Assembly: GCA_041484665.1 (NCBI GenBank)
Contig: JBGPIA010000001.1
Span: forward strand, 416,001-480,000
Source of the DNA: Candidatus Krumholzibacteriia bacterium
GTDB taxonomy: Bacteria > Krumholzibacteriota > Krumholzibacteriia > JAJRXK01
DNA length: 64,000 nt
Reading direction: 5' to 3'
Both the position numbers and the translations under genes were made by a program. The stretch's first letter is position 1; each line of letters begins with the position of its first letter. The notes below the pieces were generated by a model. The model did no database searches. It was not told the origin of the DNA and was given only the letters and a program-made list of their open reading frames with translations. This document shows positions 8,817 through 19,413 of the stretch, piece after piece.

Positions 8817-11000
8817 CTACGTGCCACCGTCCACGCGCGCGCCCAGGACCTTCACCAAGAACGACCAGACGTCGGTTTGCTCCTCGATCTGCATCGCAGT
8901 CGGCTTGCCCGCGCCGTGCCCGGCGCGCGTCTGGATGCGGATCAAGACGGGCGAGCTCCCCGACTGCGCCGCCTGCAGGCGCGCCGCGTACTTGAAGCTG
9001 TGTCCGGGAACCACGCGGTCGTCGTGATCGGCCGTCGTGATGAGCTCGGCCGGATAGGAAGCGCCGGGCTTGATGTTGTGGTAGGGCGAGTATGCGTAGA
9101 GCGTCTTGAATTGCTGGGGATCCTCCGACGAGCCGTAGTCAGAGGTCCACGCCCACCCGATCGTGAACTTGTGGAAGCGGAGCATGTCCATCACGCCGAC
9201 CGCGGGCACCGCAGCGCCAAACAGATCGGGCCGCTGATTGACGCACGCTCCGACCAGCAGCCCGCCATTGGAGCCACCGCCGATGGCGAGCTTCGGGGTG
9301 GACGTCCACCCCTCCTTGATCAGGTACTCGGCCGCAGCGATGAAGTCATCGAACACGTTCTGCTTGTTCTGCAGCATCCCGGCCTGGTGCCACTCCTCGC
9401 CGTACTCGTTGCCACCGCGCAGGCTGGCCTGGGCATAGACGCCCCCGATCTCGAGCCACGCCAGCCGGCTGACGGAGAAGCCCGGCGTCATTGCGATGTC
9501 GAAGCCGCCATAGCCGTACAGGTACGTGGGATTGGAGTGATCGCGCAGTAGCCCCTTCTTGTAGACCAGGAACAGCGGGACGCGCGTGCCGTCCTTGCTG
9601 TTGAAGAAGACCTGCTGGGTCTCATAGGGCGAAGCGTCGAACTTGATCTCCGGCTTGCGGAAGAGCGTGCTCTTGCCGAGGGCGAAGTCGTACCGGTAGA
9701 TCGTCGCCGGGTAGACGAACGACGTGAACGAGTAGAAGACCTCGCTGTCCTTGCGCATGCCCTCCAGCCCACCCACGCTGCCCAGGGTGGGCAGCTCGAG
9801 CTGGCCGAGCGCCTTGCCATCCAGCGCGAAGATCCGCACCTGGTCGGCGGCGTCGTGGAGGTAGGAGGCCACGAACGAGTCGTGGATCATCCCGACGCCC
9901 CCCAGGACATCCTGCCCCTGCGCGATGATCGTGCGCCAGCTCCCGCGTTGCGGGTGGTCGCTGTCGATGGCAATCACGCGGCCGCGCGGGGCCTCGAGGT
10001 CGGTCCGGAAGTACATCACCGCACCGTCGTTGCCCAGGAAGCTGTAGCTGGCGTCGAAGTCGTCGAGCAGCTTGGTGACGGTCGAGCCCGGCTGGGACAG
10101 GTCCTGGCAGTAGATCCGATTGCGCCGGTCCGTCCCCTGCGAGATCGAGATGATCAGCCAGCGGCCGTCCTCGCTCACCGCGCCGCCGAACCCCCACTCC
10201 TTCTGGTCGGGCCGCTCGTAGGCCAGCCGGTCCTCCTTCTGCGACGTGCCCAGCATGTGGAAGAAGAGCTTCTGGAAGTAGTTGGCTTGCTGCAGCTCCT
10301 GCCCCGGCGCCGGTGGGTCGTAGGCGCTGTAGTAGAAGCCCGACCCATCGTGCGCCCATGCAGCGTCGGAGAACTTGCTCCAATGGATCTCGTCGGGCAG
10401 GTCCTTGCCCGTGCCGACATCACGTACGCGCCAGACGACCCAGTCCGAGCCGCCGTCGGCGGTCGCCCAAGCCAGCAGTCTGCCGTCCTCGCTGATCGAG
10501 AGCCCCGCCAGCGCCACCGTGCCATCGGCGGAGAGCGTGTTGGGATCCAGCAGCACGCGCGCCGCGCCCTGCAGGCCATCCTGCACGAACAGCACGTTCT
10601 GATTCTGCAGCCCGCTGTTGTTGAAGTAGAAGTAGCGCTCGCCCCGCTTGAACGGGGGGGTGAACTTCGGGAAGTTCCACAGCTCGGTGAGCCGGGCGCG
10701 GATCCGCTCTCGCGCCGGGATGCCGTCGAGGAACGAGCGCGTGAGCTGGTTCTCCGCGGCGATCCACGCCTGCGAAGCGGGCGAGTCGGAGTCCTCCAGC
10801 CAGCGGTACGGATCGGCGACCTTCGTACCATGGTAGTCATCGACCTGGTCCACGGTGCGGGCCGGCGGGTAGTGCAAGCGCTGCTCGACCGCGGTCGCAG
10901 CGCCGGCGTGGAGCGTGGGCGTGCCGAGCGTGGCGAGCAACGCGAACAGAGCGGCCACGCGCAGCGCGAGGGGCAGCGAGCGGCGCAGAGATCGGGTCAT
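8817..11000 (-). CDS. Prolyl oligopeptidase (S9A), secreted
   Basis: Motifs [22 protein letters not shown] (catalytic Ser), DHDDRVVP and AGHGAGK. Signal peptide. AGGAG precedes ATG 11000. Confidence 0.95.
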   Translation of the reverse strand: MTRSLRRSLPLALRVAALFALLATLGTPTLHAGAATAVEQRLHYPPARTVDQVDDYHGTKVADPYRWLEDSDSPASQAWIAAENQLTRSFLDGIPARERIRARLTELWNFPKFTPPFKRGERYFYFNNSGLQNQNVLFVQDGLQGAARVLLDPNTLSADGTVALAGLSISEDGRLLAWATADGGSDWVVWRVRDVGTGKDLPDEIHWSKFSDAAWAHDGSGFYYSAYDPPAPGQELQQANYFQKLFFHMLGTSQKEDRLAYERPDQKEWGFGGAVSEDGRWLIISISQGTDRRNRIYCQDLSQPGSTVTKLLDDFDASYSFLGNDGAVMYFRTDLEAPRGRVIAIDSDHPQRGSWRTIIAQGQDVLGGVGMIHDSFVASYLHDAADQVRIFALDGKALGQLELPTLGSVGGLEGMRKDSEVFYSFTSFVYPATIYRYDFALGKSTLFRKPEIKFDASPYETQQVFFNSKDGTRVPLFLVYKKGLLRDHSNPTYLYGYGGFDIAMTPGFSVSRLAWLEIGGVYAQASLRGGNEYGEEWHQAGMLQNKQNVFDDFIAAAEYLIKEGWTSTPKLAIGGGSNGGLLVGACVNQRPDLFGAAVPAVGVMDMLRFHKFTIGWAWTSDYGSSEDPQQFKTLYAYSPYHNIKPGASYPAELITTADHDDRVVPGHSFKYAARLQAAQSGSSPVLIRIQTRAGHGAGKPTAMQIEEQTDVWSFLVKVLGARVDGGT

Positions 11001-11230
11001 GATGGGCTCCTGCGGAAGGAGGTGAGCACGCGGGGGATGGACCGAGCAGCGGGTGCCGAGCAGGGGCGCCGGACCGCCGCGGCGCGGCACCGTCGGGTTG
11101 TCGGGCGCTCGCGCGCGGCGTATCCTGCAGCGTTACGGCCGGCATCGGTACCGGTCGCTCGCCGGCAGCCCTAGCCCGGCGGGGATCGGTCAGCCGTCGG
11201 GGACCCAACGTAGGCCAAATCGGTGGGCGC

Positions 11231-13096
11231 GTGCAAGGAAGCCAGTCCCCTCAACGTCTCGGCCTGCCGCCGGCGCTGCTGTGGGCACTCGCCTTCGGGG
11301 CGGTGATCGCCCACCTGCCCGCCCTGTCGGGTTTCTTCGCCCAGGACGACTGGACGCACCTGGCCCGCGGGGCTGGCCTGGTGTCGACGGCCGCGCTGCC
11401 CGCGCGGCCCGTGAGCAGTGTCCTGTATTGGAAGCTGCTCTGGCCGCTCTTGCACCTCTCCTCGCCCGCCTACCACGGGCTTTCACTGCTCTTGTGGATG
11501 ACGTGTGTGCTCCTGGCGGCGCGCGTCGGCGTCCGCCTGGGGCTGCGCGCCAGCGGCGCAGCCATCGCGGGGCTAGTGGTGGCGGGCACGCCGGTGGCGA
11601 TCCTGCCCCTCTTCTGGGTGAGCGCTTCCTCTGAGATCCTGGCCTGCGGGCTCGCGCTGGCGGCTGTGGACCGCTGGCTGGCGGGAGGCCGGCGCAACGG
11701 GATCGCCGCGGCGGTGCTGGCCGGGCTCGCGGCGCTGAGCAAGGAGAGCGCCCTCGGGCTACCCCTGCTGCTCGGCGCACTGGCGCTGCGGGGGGAAGCC
11801 GGCGTGCGCGCAGGGCGGACCCGCCGCCTCCTGGTGGCGTGCGTGGCCGCGCCGGCTGCCGTGGCGTGCGCCGCGGGGCTGCTGGTGGCCCACGCGCTCC
11901 CGCACGGTCTCCACGATGCATACGCGCTCGGCGGGCCTGCGACCGTGCTGCGCAATCTGGGGGTGTTCGGCGGCTGGCTGGTCAGCCCGTGGCGCTTCGC
12001 CTTGTTCTATAGCCCCCTGCTGCCATGGGTCGGAGCGCTGGTCTGGGGTCTTTGGTCATTCGCGGCCCTGCGTGCGTGGCGCGCCGGGGAGAGGCTGGGA
12101 GGGCTGGCGCTCTGGTGGGCGCTGCTGGTCGTGGCGCCGACGTTGGGCCTGCTGTCGCACGTCTACCCCTACTACCTGCTGCTCGCCGTTCCCGCGTGGG
12201 GCTGGATGCTGGGGTTGCTGTTGCAGGGGCCGGCCGAGCAGCTGCTCGCCGCGCTGGCGACGCCCGCCGCGCCCAAGGCAGCGACGCCCGCCGCGCCCAA
12301 AGCTTCGCCGACCACGCTCGCAGCGCAGGCCGTGGCCTTGGTCGCGCTGCTCGTCGCGGCGGGGGCGACCGCTAGCCTGGGCTGGAGCGCCACGCAGGCC
12401 ACGCTCACCACCCGCACCAGCGAGGGGCTCCAAGCAGAGCCGATTGCGGCGCGCGCTTCCATCGCCGCGGGCGTCGCGCGCCAGGTACGCGGTCTGCGTC
12501 TGTTGGGCACCTCCAGGCTGGCGATCCTGCAGGCCACCACGGTCGAGGTCCCCGATACGCTGCGCTTGCGCGACCGGGGCGTCGTGATCGCGGGGAGTCT
12601 GGTCTACGGGGCGATGGATGGCGCCGTGGGATTCTCGCTGCTGGTCCCGCGTGGCGCGAAGGTGCAGTGGACGAGCCATCTCGACGACCTGCCCGGCGAC
12701 ACGGTGGTCCTCTTGGACGCGGGAGACGCGTTCCTCCGCATGCTGGGCGACGTCACCAACGCGCGCCTCTACTCGGCGCTGATCGCGGTGGCGGCGGGTC
12801 AGTTCACGCGTGCTCGCCATGACCTGTGGACGGTCAGCGAGCTCGGCGGCGGGCCGGTCACCTTCGCCTACAACGCGCAGAAGCTGCCAATCCCGCTGCA
12901 GCATCTCGACGACGCCGCGCCCGCGTTCGAGGCGATGCTTCGCCAGGAAGGCTCGCCGGCGTCGTACCGCGTCCTCAATCTGTTTCAGCAGCTGGCTCGC
13001 GCCGTGCGCGGGCGGCCGGCTCCGGCTGCGGGGGACTCGCTGTCTCCTTCGGCCACCCCAGCCACGGGAGCTGCAGCGCCAGCCGGCGGCGGGTGA
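11231..13096 (+). CDS. Polytopic membrane protein, GT-C-like
   Basis: First TM followed by FFAQDDW (DD motif), RPVS and LSKESA, many TM segments and a soluble C-terminal domain. Confidence 0.65.
   Translation: MQGSQSPQRLGLPPALLWALAFGAVIAHLPALSGFFAQDDWTHLARGAGLVSTAALPARPVSSVLYWKLLWPLLHLSSPAYHGLSLLLWMTCVLLAARVGVRLGLRASGAAIAGLVVAGTPVAILPLFWVSASSEILACGLALAAVDRWLAGGRRNGIAAAVLAGLAALSKESALGLPLLLGALALRGEAGVRAGRTRRLLVACVAAPAAVACAAGLLVAHALPHGLHDAYALGGPATVLRNLGVFGGWLVSPWRFALFYSPLLPWVGALVWGLWSFAALRAWRAGERLGGLALWWALLVVAPTLGLLSHVYPYYLLLAVPAWGWMLGLLLQGPAEQLLAALATPAAPKAATPAAPKASPTTLAAQAVALVALLVAAGATASLGWSATQATLTTRTSEGLQAEPIAARASIAAGVARQVRGLRLLGTSRLAILQATTVEVPDTLRLRDRGVVIAGSLVYGAMDGAVGFSLLVPRGAKVQWTSHLDDLPGDTVVLLDAGDAFLRMLGDVTNARLYSALIAVAAGQFTRARHDLWTVSELGGGPVTFAYNAQKLPIPLQHLDDAAPAFEAMLRQEGSPASYRVLNLFQQLARAVRGRPAPAAGDSLSPSATPATGAAAPAGGG
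12257..12300 (+). repeat. 24-bp in-frame tandem duplication (ATPAAPKA x2)
   Basis: GCGACGCCCGCCGCGCCCAA occurs at 12257 and again at 12281. Confidence 0.8.
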
Positions 13097-13982
13097 CCAA
13101 CAACGGCAGTGCGCCGTGCTGGATGGTCACGTCGAACTCGGTATGGTCGCCCAGGTCCTCCCCGTCGAGCTGCAATGGAAGTGGGCGCTCGCAGCGCACG
13201 CTCACCGTGCTGGCGCGGAAGAGCCGAACGCCCGGGTGGCGCTTGCGACCGGGGCGCAGCGGCGAGGTGACCACGCCGATGACGTGGCGCAGGGAGGCCA
13301 TGCGGATCAGCGCCACGTCCAGCTGGCCGTCCTCCCCCTGCGCGTCGGGCGGGAACACCCACGGGCCGACCTGCGTGCCGAAGTTTGCGATCACCACCGA
13401 AGCCACGTTCGCCGACTCGCGCTTGCCGTCGATGGTCAGCTCGAAGCGGTGATGCCGGCTGGGAAAATTCCGAAGCGCGAACCAGAGGTAGGCGAGCTTG
13501 CCCAGCTTGTTCTTGGCCTGGCGGTCGGCCTGGCGCATGAGCCGGCCGTCCATACCGATGCCCATGGCCAGCAGGAAGGGCTGATCGCGGCAGAGGCCGA
13601 GGTCGACCCGGCGCACGACGCCGTCCTTCACGGCGGAGAGCGCCGCATCGACCTGGAACGGCAGAGCCAGGCGCAACGCCACCACGTTGCCGCTGCCCAC
13701 CGGCACGATCACCATCGGCCGATCGCCACCGGCCAGGGCGCGCGCGGCGGCCTGCACCGTGCCGTCGCCACCCATCACGATCACCGGGCCGCGACCGGGG
13801 GAGCGGCGGATGAGCTCGTCGGCGTCGCAGTCCTGGGTCGTCTCGACCCAGCGGTCCGGGAGGCCAGCACGCCGCAAGGCGCGCCGCAGCTTGTCCGGAT
13901 CGGGTCCACGCTGACCGAACCCGGCAGCGGGATTCAGCACGATGAGCGGCTCGTCGCTTCCCAAGAGCGTGCTCCCCACCAA
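12975..13982 (-). CDS. Diacylglycerol/lipid kinase family protein (YegS/DAGK-like)
   Basis: Motifs VLNPAAG, MGGDGTV, PVGSGN, GIGMD, DGQLDV and QLDGE. Confidence 0.88.
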   Translation of the reverse strand: MVGSTLLGSDEPLIVLNPAAGFGQRGPDPDKLRRALRRAGLPDRWVETTQDCDADELIRRSPGRGPVIVMGGDGTVQAAARALAGGDRPMVIVPVGSGNVVALRLALPFQVDAALSAVKDGVVRRVDLGLCRDQPFLLAMGIGMDGRLMRQADRQAKNKLGKLAYLWFALRNFPSRHHRFELTIDGKRESANVASVVIANFGTQVGPWVFPPDAQGEDGQLDVALIRMASLRHVIGVVTSPLRPGRKRHPGVRLFRASTVSVRCERPLPLQLDGEDLGDHTEFDVTIQHGALPLLVTRRRLALQLPWLGWPKETASPPQPEPAARARREPAAETD

Positions 13983-14035
13983 GGCGTAGCCCCCGATGCC
14001 CGCGCGCGGCGCGCTAAGCGGACGCCGGCCGGCGC

Positions 14036-14554
14036 TCAGCCGACGAGCCGCTTCACGACCGCGAGCGCCCCGTCGTAGTCGGGCTCCTCGGTGACCTCCG
14101 GGACGTATTGCACCCAGCGCACGACGTCCTCCTTGTCGACCACGAACACAGCGCGAGCGAGCAGCTTGAGGTCCTTCAACAGCGTACCCCAGTGCAGCCC
14201 GAAGCTACGGTCCTGGTAGTCGCTGACGACCTTGACGGCCGTGGCGTCGTGCGCCCCGCACCAGCGCTTCTGGGCGAACGGCAGGTCGACGCTGACCGTG
14301 TAGATGTCCACGCTGGACAGCTTGATCGCGCTCTCGTTGAACTTGGCGGTCTGGATGCTGCAGACGGACGTGTCGAGGGAGGGAACGACGCTGAACACCC
14401 GGACCCGGCCCTGGGTGTCCGCAAGGGTCACGGGCTTGAGGTCGCCGTCCACCACGCGGAAGTCGGGCGCCTTGCTTCCGACCTTGATTTCCGGTCCCAA
14501 CAGGGCCACGGGATTGCCCTTGAACTTCACGGCTCCGGCGCGCTCCTGCGTCAT
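14036..14554 (-). CDS. tpx: Thiol peroxidase (atypical 2-Cys peroxiredoxin)
   Basis: Motifs SVVPSLDTSVC, DLPFAQKRWCG, LLARAVFV and EEPDYD. AAAGGAGAG precedes ATG 14554. Confidence 0.95.
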   Translation of the reverse strand: MTQERAGAVKFKGNPVALLGPEIKVGSKAPDFRVVDGDLKPVTLADTQGRVRVFSVVPSLDTSVCSIQTAKFNESAIKLSSVDIYTVSVDLPFAQKRWCGAHDATAVKVVSDYQDRSFGLHWGTLLKDLKLLARAVFVVDKEDVVRWVQYVPEVTEEPDYDGALAVVKRLVG

Positions 14555-14735
14555 CGCTGCTCTCCTTTCGTGCTGCGGATGGCTGGCTGCTCGCTGCGGT
14601 CCGCTGGGGGAGGCTCGCGCGCTTGCGGCGGGTCCCCGCGCGGGCGGGATGGCCGCCGGAAGGGTACCCGGTTTGGGCGCAGACGCAAGTTGCGGCCGGG
14701 GCTGCGGCGCTGCGAGCGGGCGGTCTCCCCCGCCG

Positions 14736-15290
14736 TCAGCGCCCACCCGCACCCTCGCTCTGCAGCCGCCGATGCGCGAGGAAGAGCGCGCACACGGACT
14801 TGGCGTCGCGCAGGCGGCCGTCCTGGCACATGGCCAGCGCCTCGGCCAGCGGCACGCGCTCCACGCTGAGCACCTCGTCGTCCTCGAGTTGCTGCTGTGC
14901 GGCGGTCAACTCGCGCGCCAGGAAGAGGTGGATCACTTCATCCGTGAAGCCGGGGGTGGTCAGGATGCTGCCGAGCAGCTCGATCCGGCGCGCGCCGACG
15001 CCCGCCTCCTCTGCCAACTCGCGCGCGGCGCACGCCGCGGGCGCTTCGCCTGAGTCGAGCTTTCCGGCGGGCACCTCGTAGATGAAGCCGCCAGCCGCGT
15101 GGCGGTATTGCCGGATGAGCAGCACGCAGCCGCTGTCGTCCAGCGGCACGATGGCGGACGCGCCTGGATGCCGAACGACCTCCAGCTCGAGTGTCTGCCC
15201 GCCGGGCAACTCGACGCGCTCCACGCGCAGGTGGACGACGCGGCCGCGGTACACGTCGCGGCCCTCGGGCAATCGGCGCTCAGGCGGCAT
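14736..15290 (-). CDS. NUDIX hydrolase, ADP-ribose pyrophosphatase-like
   Basis: Motifs VRHPGAS, IRQYRH, the Nudix box PAGKLDSGE...AARELAEEAG, and TPGFTDE. Confidence 0.92.
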   Translation of the reverse strand: MPPERRLPEGRDVYRGRVVHLRVERVELPGGQTLELEVVRHPGASAIVPLDDSGCVLLIRQYRHAAGGFIYEVPAGKLDSGEAPAACAARELAEEAGVGARRIELLGSILTTPGFTDEVIHLFLARELTAAQQQLEDDEVLSVERVPLAEALAMCQDGRLRDAKSVCALFLAHRRLQSEGAGGR

Positions 15291-15313
15291 GGCGCTCCCC
15301 GGAAGGTGCGCGC

Positions 15314-15523
15314 TCAGTGCGGATCGCGCCGGCGCGAGCGGCCCTGCCGCTGACCGCCGGTCCCGCCCGCGGCCGACACTCCGCGTCGCGCGGGCATGAT
15401 GGCGGCGACCGGGGGCGGCCCGATCATGCCGCACGCGGCGCCGCACTGACAAGCGCCGTAGCACCGGCAGACGCGCCGCCGCGCCGCGCGCGCAGTGGGC
15501 GGCACGGGCGTGCTACGATCCAT
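15314..15523 (-). CDS. Possible small Cys-rich protein (69 aa)
   Basis: MDRSTPVPPTARAARRRVCRCYGACQCGAACGMIG... fills the gap upstream of the NUDIX gene. Weak SD; may be spurious. Confidence 0.3.
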   Translation of the reverse strand: MDRSTPVPPTARAARRRVCRCYGACQCGAACGMIGPPPVAAIMPARRGVSAAGGTGGQRQGRSRRRDPH

Positions 15524-15587
15524 TGTCCGTATCCCGAAAGCTCGCGCCCTGCGTGGATCGCCCACCGCCGCAGCGAGAAGGAGTGCA

Positions 15588-16682
15588 GTGAGAGCCATCG
15601 TCCTGCGGGCGCATGGAGGCCCCGAGCAACTGCGCCTCGAAGCCTATCCGGATCCTGTTGCGCAGCCCGGCGACGTGCTCGTGCGCGTGCGCGCCTGCGG
15701 GCTGAACAACCTCGACACCCAGATCCGCCGCGGGATCCCCGGTGTGGCGATCGCCATGCCGCACGTCCTGGGTTGCGACATCGCGGGGGAGGTCGTGGCG
15801 TTGGGTCCGCAGCCGGGCTTGCCGGCGGCCGGTGCCCTGGGCGCGGCCGTCGCAGTGTCGGCCGCGCTGGCTCCCGCCGCACGCCCACTGCAGACAGGCG
15901 ACCGGGTGATCGTCTGTCCCGGCTCGGCGTGCGGGCGCTGCCGCGCGTGCCTGACCGGCAACGACAGCGCCTGCCCCCAGTACGTCATGCTCGGCTACCA
16001 GCGCCACGGCGGCTACGCGGAGCTCGTGCGCGTGCCGGCGCGCAGCGTCCTGCGCGTGAGCGATCGGTGGTCGTGGGAAGAGTGGGCGTCGGTGCCGTTG
16101 GTGTTCCTGACGGCGTGGCACATGCTCATCGGACGCGCGCGCCTGCAGCCGGGCGAGACCGTGCTGGTGCACGCGGCCGGCAGCGGCGTCGGCATCGCGG
16201 CGATCCAGATCGCGCAGGTGGCGGGTGCGCGGGTGATCGCCACCGCGGGCAGCGATGCCAAGCTCGAGCGCGCGCGGCAGCTCGGCGCCCACGCGGTCGT
16301 GAGCTACGCGCGTCCTGACTGGCATAAGGATGTGCGGCGCCACTGCGGCGGGGAAGGCGTAGATGTGGTGCTCGAGCATGTCGGGGCGGACACGTGGAGC
16401 GGGAGCCTGGCGTCTTTGGCGCGCGGCGGACGGCTGGTGACCTGCGGGGCGACCAGCGGGCCGCACGTGGGCATCGATCTGCGGCATCTGTTCGTTAAGC
16501 AGCTCACGCTGCTGGGCAGCTACATGGGCGCGCAGCACGAGCTGCTGCGTGTGGTGGAGCTCCTGGAGCGCTCACAGCTGCGGCCGGTGGTGGATGGGGT
16601 GTTCCCGCTGGAGGAGGCCGCCCAGGCGCACGAGCGGGTGGGGCGCCGCGAGCACTTCGGGAAGGTCGTGCTCCGCGTGTGA
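15588..16682 (+). CDS. Zinc-binding dehydrogenase / NADPH:quinone oxidoreductase (MDR family)
   Basis: Motifs GLNNLD, PHVLGCDIAG, structural CGRCRAC...C, AAGSGVG, CGATSG and HFGKVVL. AAGGAG precedes GTG. Confidence 0.92.
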   Translation: MRAIVLRAHGGPEQLRLEAYPDPVAQPGDVLVRVRACGLNNLDTQIRRGIPGVAIAMPHVLGCDIAGEVVALGPQPGLPAAGALGAAVAVSAALAPAARPLQTGDRVIVCPGSACGRCRACLTGNDSACPQYVMLGYQRHGGYAELVRVPARSVLRVSDRWSWEEWASVPLVFLTAWHMLIGRARLQPGETVLVHAAGSGVGIAAIQIAQVAGARVIATAGSDAKLERARQLGAHAVVSYARPDWHKDVRRHCGGEGVDVVLEHVGADTWSGSLASLARGGRLVTCGATSGPHVGIDLRHLFVKQLTLLGSYMGAQHELLRVVELLERSQLRPVVDGVFPLEEAAQAHERVGRREHFGKVVLRV

Positions 16683-16865
16683 CCCGCCGGATCACCGGCG
16701 AACCCCCCTCCGGAGCGCGGCATGTCCTCGTACTGGAGGCGGTCGCGTGGAACGAACCGGCCGCCGCGACGGTATGCGGGTCCTACGCGTTTGGGTCGGG
16801 CGCCGCGGGCCGGCCAACGGCCGCCCGCGCGGACGAGCGGCCCGCTGGCCAGAGCCGTCCGCCGC

Positions 16866-17378
16866 TCAGTTGGAGAGCGCCGGCTCCGCGGAGGCATGCC
16901 GGCCTGCCGTGGCGCGGCCCTCGGGTGCAAGCCCGGCCGTGCCGTAGCGCTGCTGGAGGGCGCCGGCGAGGTTATTGATCTCCTGCGCCACGTCGAAGAG
17001 CGCGTCGTCGGCCCGGAACTCGAGCTGCTGCGAGAAGTCACCGTTGGCCATGGCGCGCAGGGCCTGGTTGAGGCGCGGAATCGGCCCGACGATCTGGTTG
17101 GAGAAACGCAGGCCGAGGAAGTAGACCACGACTCCCATGCCGAGCGCGATGAGCAGCACCGTGGGCAGGCAGGCGATCCACAGGTCGACATCGAGGAAGC
17201 GCTGCAGGCTGCCCGCCTCCTCCGCCAGAACGTGGATGCGGTACTGGGTGATGGCTTGATAGACCAGGCCGACATCGATCTGCAGGAACACCAGCATCGC
17301 GGCGAAATAGACCTGGTAGCGTGGCTTGACCACCCACCGCCGCCGCCGGACGGGCCGTTCCTGGTTGTTTTTGGCCAT
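16866..17378 (-). CDS. Small two-TM HAMP-domain protein
   Basis: Basic N-terminus (RRRRWVVKPRYQ), two TM helices, then the HAMP-like FSNQIVGPIPRL...MANGDFS...FRADD...INNL. Confidence 0.8.
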   Translation of the reverse strand: MAKNNQERPVRRRRWVVKPRYQVYFAAMLVFLQIDVGLVYQAITQYRIHVLAEEAGSLQRFLDVDLWIACLPTVLLIALGMGVVVYFLGLRFSNQIVGPIPRLNQALRAMANGDFSQQLEFRADDALFDVAQEINNLAGALQQRYGTAGLAPEGRATAGRHASAEPALSN

Positions 17379-17457
17379 GCGCGCCACCTCGCACGTCAAG
17401 GGTCCACCGTGTCAGTCCCGGGCAACAGTTGCCGCTCGGGCTCCGGGGACCCTGTCG

Positions 17458-17473
17458 AGCAACATTCCTGCCA
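17458..17473 (-). promoter_or_regulatory. Sigma54 (-24/-12) promoter for the HAMP protein gene
   Basis: TGGCAGGAATGTTGCT with exact GG-N10-GC spacing, 80 nt upstream of the ATG. Confidence 0.6.
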
Positions 17474-17530
17474 GCAGTGGCCCGCCGTGCCGCGCACGCC
17501 AGCTCGCGCGGCTGCGGGCGTGAGCACACC

Positions 17531-19087
17531 TCACGGGTTCCCCGCTGGGGAGGATACGATCGCAGTGGGAACCGGCGGCGGTCCGTCGGAGAGGTAGCCC
17601 TTGTAGGTCATTCCCTTAGTTTTCTCCGCGAACTCTGCGCGGATCTGCTCGCGCACGTGCGCGTCTTCGAACAGATCGACTATCGTCACCGCGAGGGCCT
17701 TCGCCGCATATAGCATTCCGGCGTGGCCGATCGACATGCCGCCGCAGGCCACGACCGGCCAGGCATGCCACGGCGCCTCCTTGGCGGCTGTCGTCACCGA
17801 GAGGTGGAGCGTCGGCACGTTCCAGCTCACGTCTCCAACGTCCGTGGACCCACCCTCCGGCTCGCCCGGCGCCAGGTCGAGCGGCTCGATGACGCAGCTG
17901 AGCCCCGACGGCTCGACCCCCGTGGCGCGCTGGATCTCCTTGGCGAACTCCTGTTCCTGCGGCGTCCACTGCACCGGGCCCAGCCACGCGAGGTTGGCGT
18001 GGATCAGCTTGGCGCCCGTCAGGTTCACCAGCATCTCGTAATCGCCGCCTTGGACCTTGAGCTCGGACTGCACGCCCGCGGCCAGGGCTGCTCCGCGCGC
18101 GATGTCGCGCATGCGCCCCATGACGTCCTCGACGCCCTCACGGGTGGAGTCGCGCACCCAGACCCAGAGCTTCGCGTAGTCGGGCACGACGTTGGGCACC
18201 CTGGCGCCTTCGAGCATGACGTAGTGCATGCGCACGGTGGGCTTGACGTGCTCGCGGAGCATGTTGAGGGAGAAGGTGAAGATCTCCAGCCCGTCCTGCG
18301 CGCTGCGCCCGTTCCAAGGGTCGAACGCGGCGTGGGCGGCGCGCCCGTGGAACTCCACGACGAAGTCCACCAGCGCCTGGCTGCTGCGCGTGTCGGCCTT
18401 GGTTTCGCTGTCGGGATGCCACGCCAGGCAGACGTCGAGATCGCTGAACAGCCCGGCGCGCAGCATGTAGAGTTTGCCGCCGATCTGCTCCTCCGCGGGA
18501 GTGCCGTAGAAACGGATCGTGCCCTTGAGCTTGCCCGCCGCCATCAGCTCCTTGACCGCCAGCGCGGCCCCCAGGCTGCCGGCGCCGAAGAGGTTGTGGC
18601 CGCAGCCGTGTCCAGCAGCGTTGGGCTCCAGCGCCTCCTGATGGGAGACCGCTTTCTGGGAGATGCCGGGCAGCGCGTCAAACTCTCCGAGGATCCCGAT
18701 GATGGGAAGGCCGAGGCCGTACTCAGCGGTGAACGCAGTGGGCATGTCGGCGACGCCGCGCATCACGGTGAAGCCCTGCTGCTGCGCGTAGTCTGCGAGG
18801 GCGGCGCTGCTGCGGGTCTCGCGCAGCGCGGTCTCGGCGTAGCTCCAGATGCGGTCGCTGAGGTCGGTGAGCTCGGCGCGGTGGCGCTCGATCGCCGCCA
18901 CGGCCTGGTCCTTCTTCTGGCGGGCGGCCGCGGCGGCGCCCGATGCCGGGGCGGCGAGCAGGGCGGCTGCAACGAGCAACGCGAGCGCGGTGAGCGGGAA
19001 ACGTCCGGTACCGCGCGTGGTGCGGTAAGAGCCGTTGGAGCACGTGAGGCCGGCGCAGCGGGCAAGACGACTTTGGCGTAGGGTCAT
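17531..19087 (-). CDS. M20D amidohydrolase (AbgB-like), secreted
   Basis: Motifs GEFDALPG, GHGCGHN, TPAEE, WHP, GGSTDVGDVSW and PWHAW. Signal peptide. Confidence 0.9.
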   Translation of the reverse strand: MTLRQSRLARCAGLTCSNGSYRTTRGTGRFPLTALALLVAAALLAAPASGAAAAARQKKDQAVAAIERHRAELTDLSDRIWSYAETALRETRSSAALADYAQQQGFTVMRGVADMPTAFTAEYGLGLPIIGILGEFDALPGISQKAVSHQEALEPNAAGHGCGHNLFGAGSLGAALAVKELMAAGKLKGTIRFYGTPAEEQIGGKLYMLRAGLFSDLDVCLAWHPDSETKADTRSSQALVDFVVEFHGRAAHAAFDPWNGRSAQDGLEIFTFSLNMLREHVKPTVRMHYVMLEGARVPNVVPDYAKLWVWVRDSTREGVEDVMGRMRDIARGAALAAGVQSELKVQGGDYEMLVNLTGAKLIHANLAWLGPVQWTPQEQEFAKEIQRATGVEPSGLSCVIEPLDLAPGEPEGGSTDVGDVSWNVPTLHLSVTTAAKEAPWHAWPVVACGGMSIGHAGMLYAAKALAVTIVDLFEDAHVREQIRAEFAEKTKGMTYKGYLSDGPPPVPTAIVSSPAGNP

Positions 19088-19270
19088 GCTCTTGATCTCC
19101 CGGGATCGGTGTGACGAGCGGAGCAGCGCAGGACACGGCGGCAAGCAGCGTAGCGTCCCGCCCATGACGGCGGCAAGCCCGCCGGGAGCCGGCAGGAGCA
19201 GGGAGCTCCCGGCGAGCGAACCGCGACAGCCGGCGTGCCCAGAGCCAAAGGCGAACGCAGACGTTTGCCG

Positions 19271-19299
19271 TTGTTCGCGACCGCTGCGGCGATTAGATT
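19271..19299 (+). promoter_or_regulatory. Candidate sigma70 promoter for the M20 and S9 peptidase genes
   Basis: TTGTTC-N17-TAGATT. Confidence 0.4.
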
Positions 19300-19413
19300 C
19301 GTGCGGTCCCTCCACGAGCCAAAAGCAGCGCAGGCGCCGCGGACGTCCGTCCCGGGACCCGCTGCTCCCGTCGTGCACAGCGCCGCGCCCGCATTCAGGA
19401 GGAGAGGCTGGTC

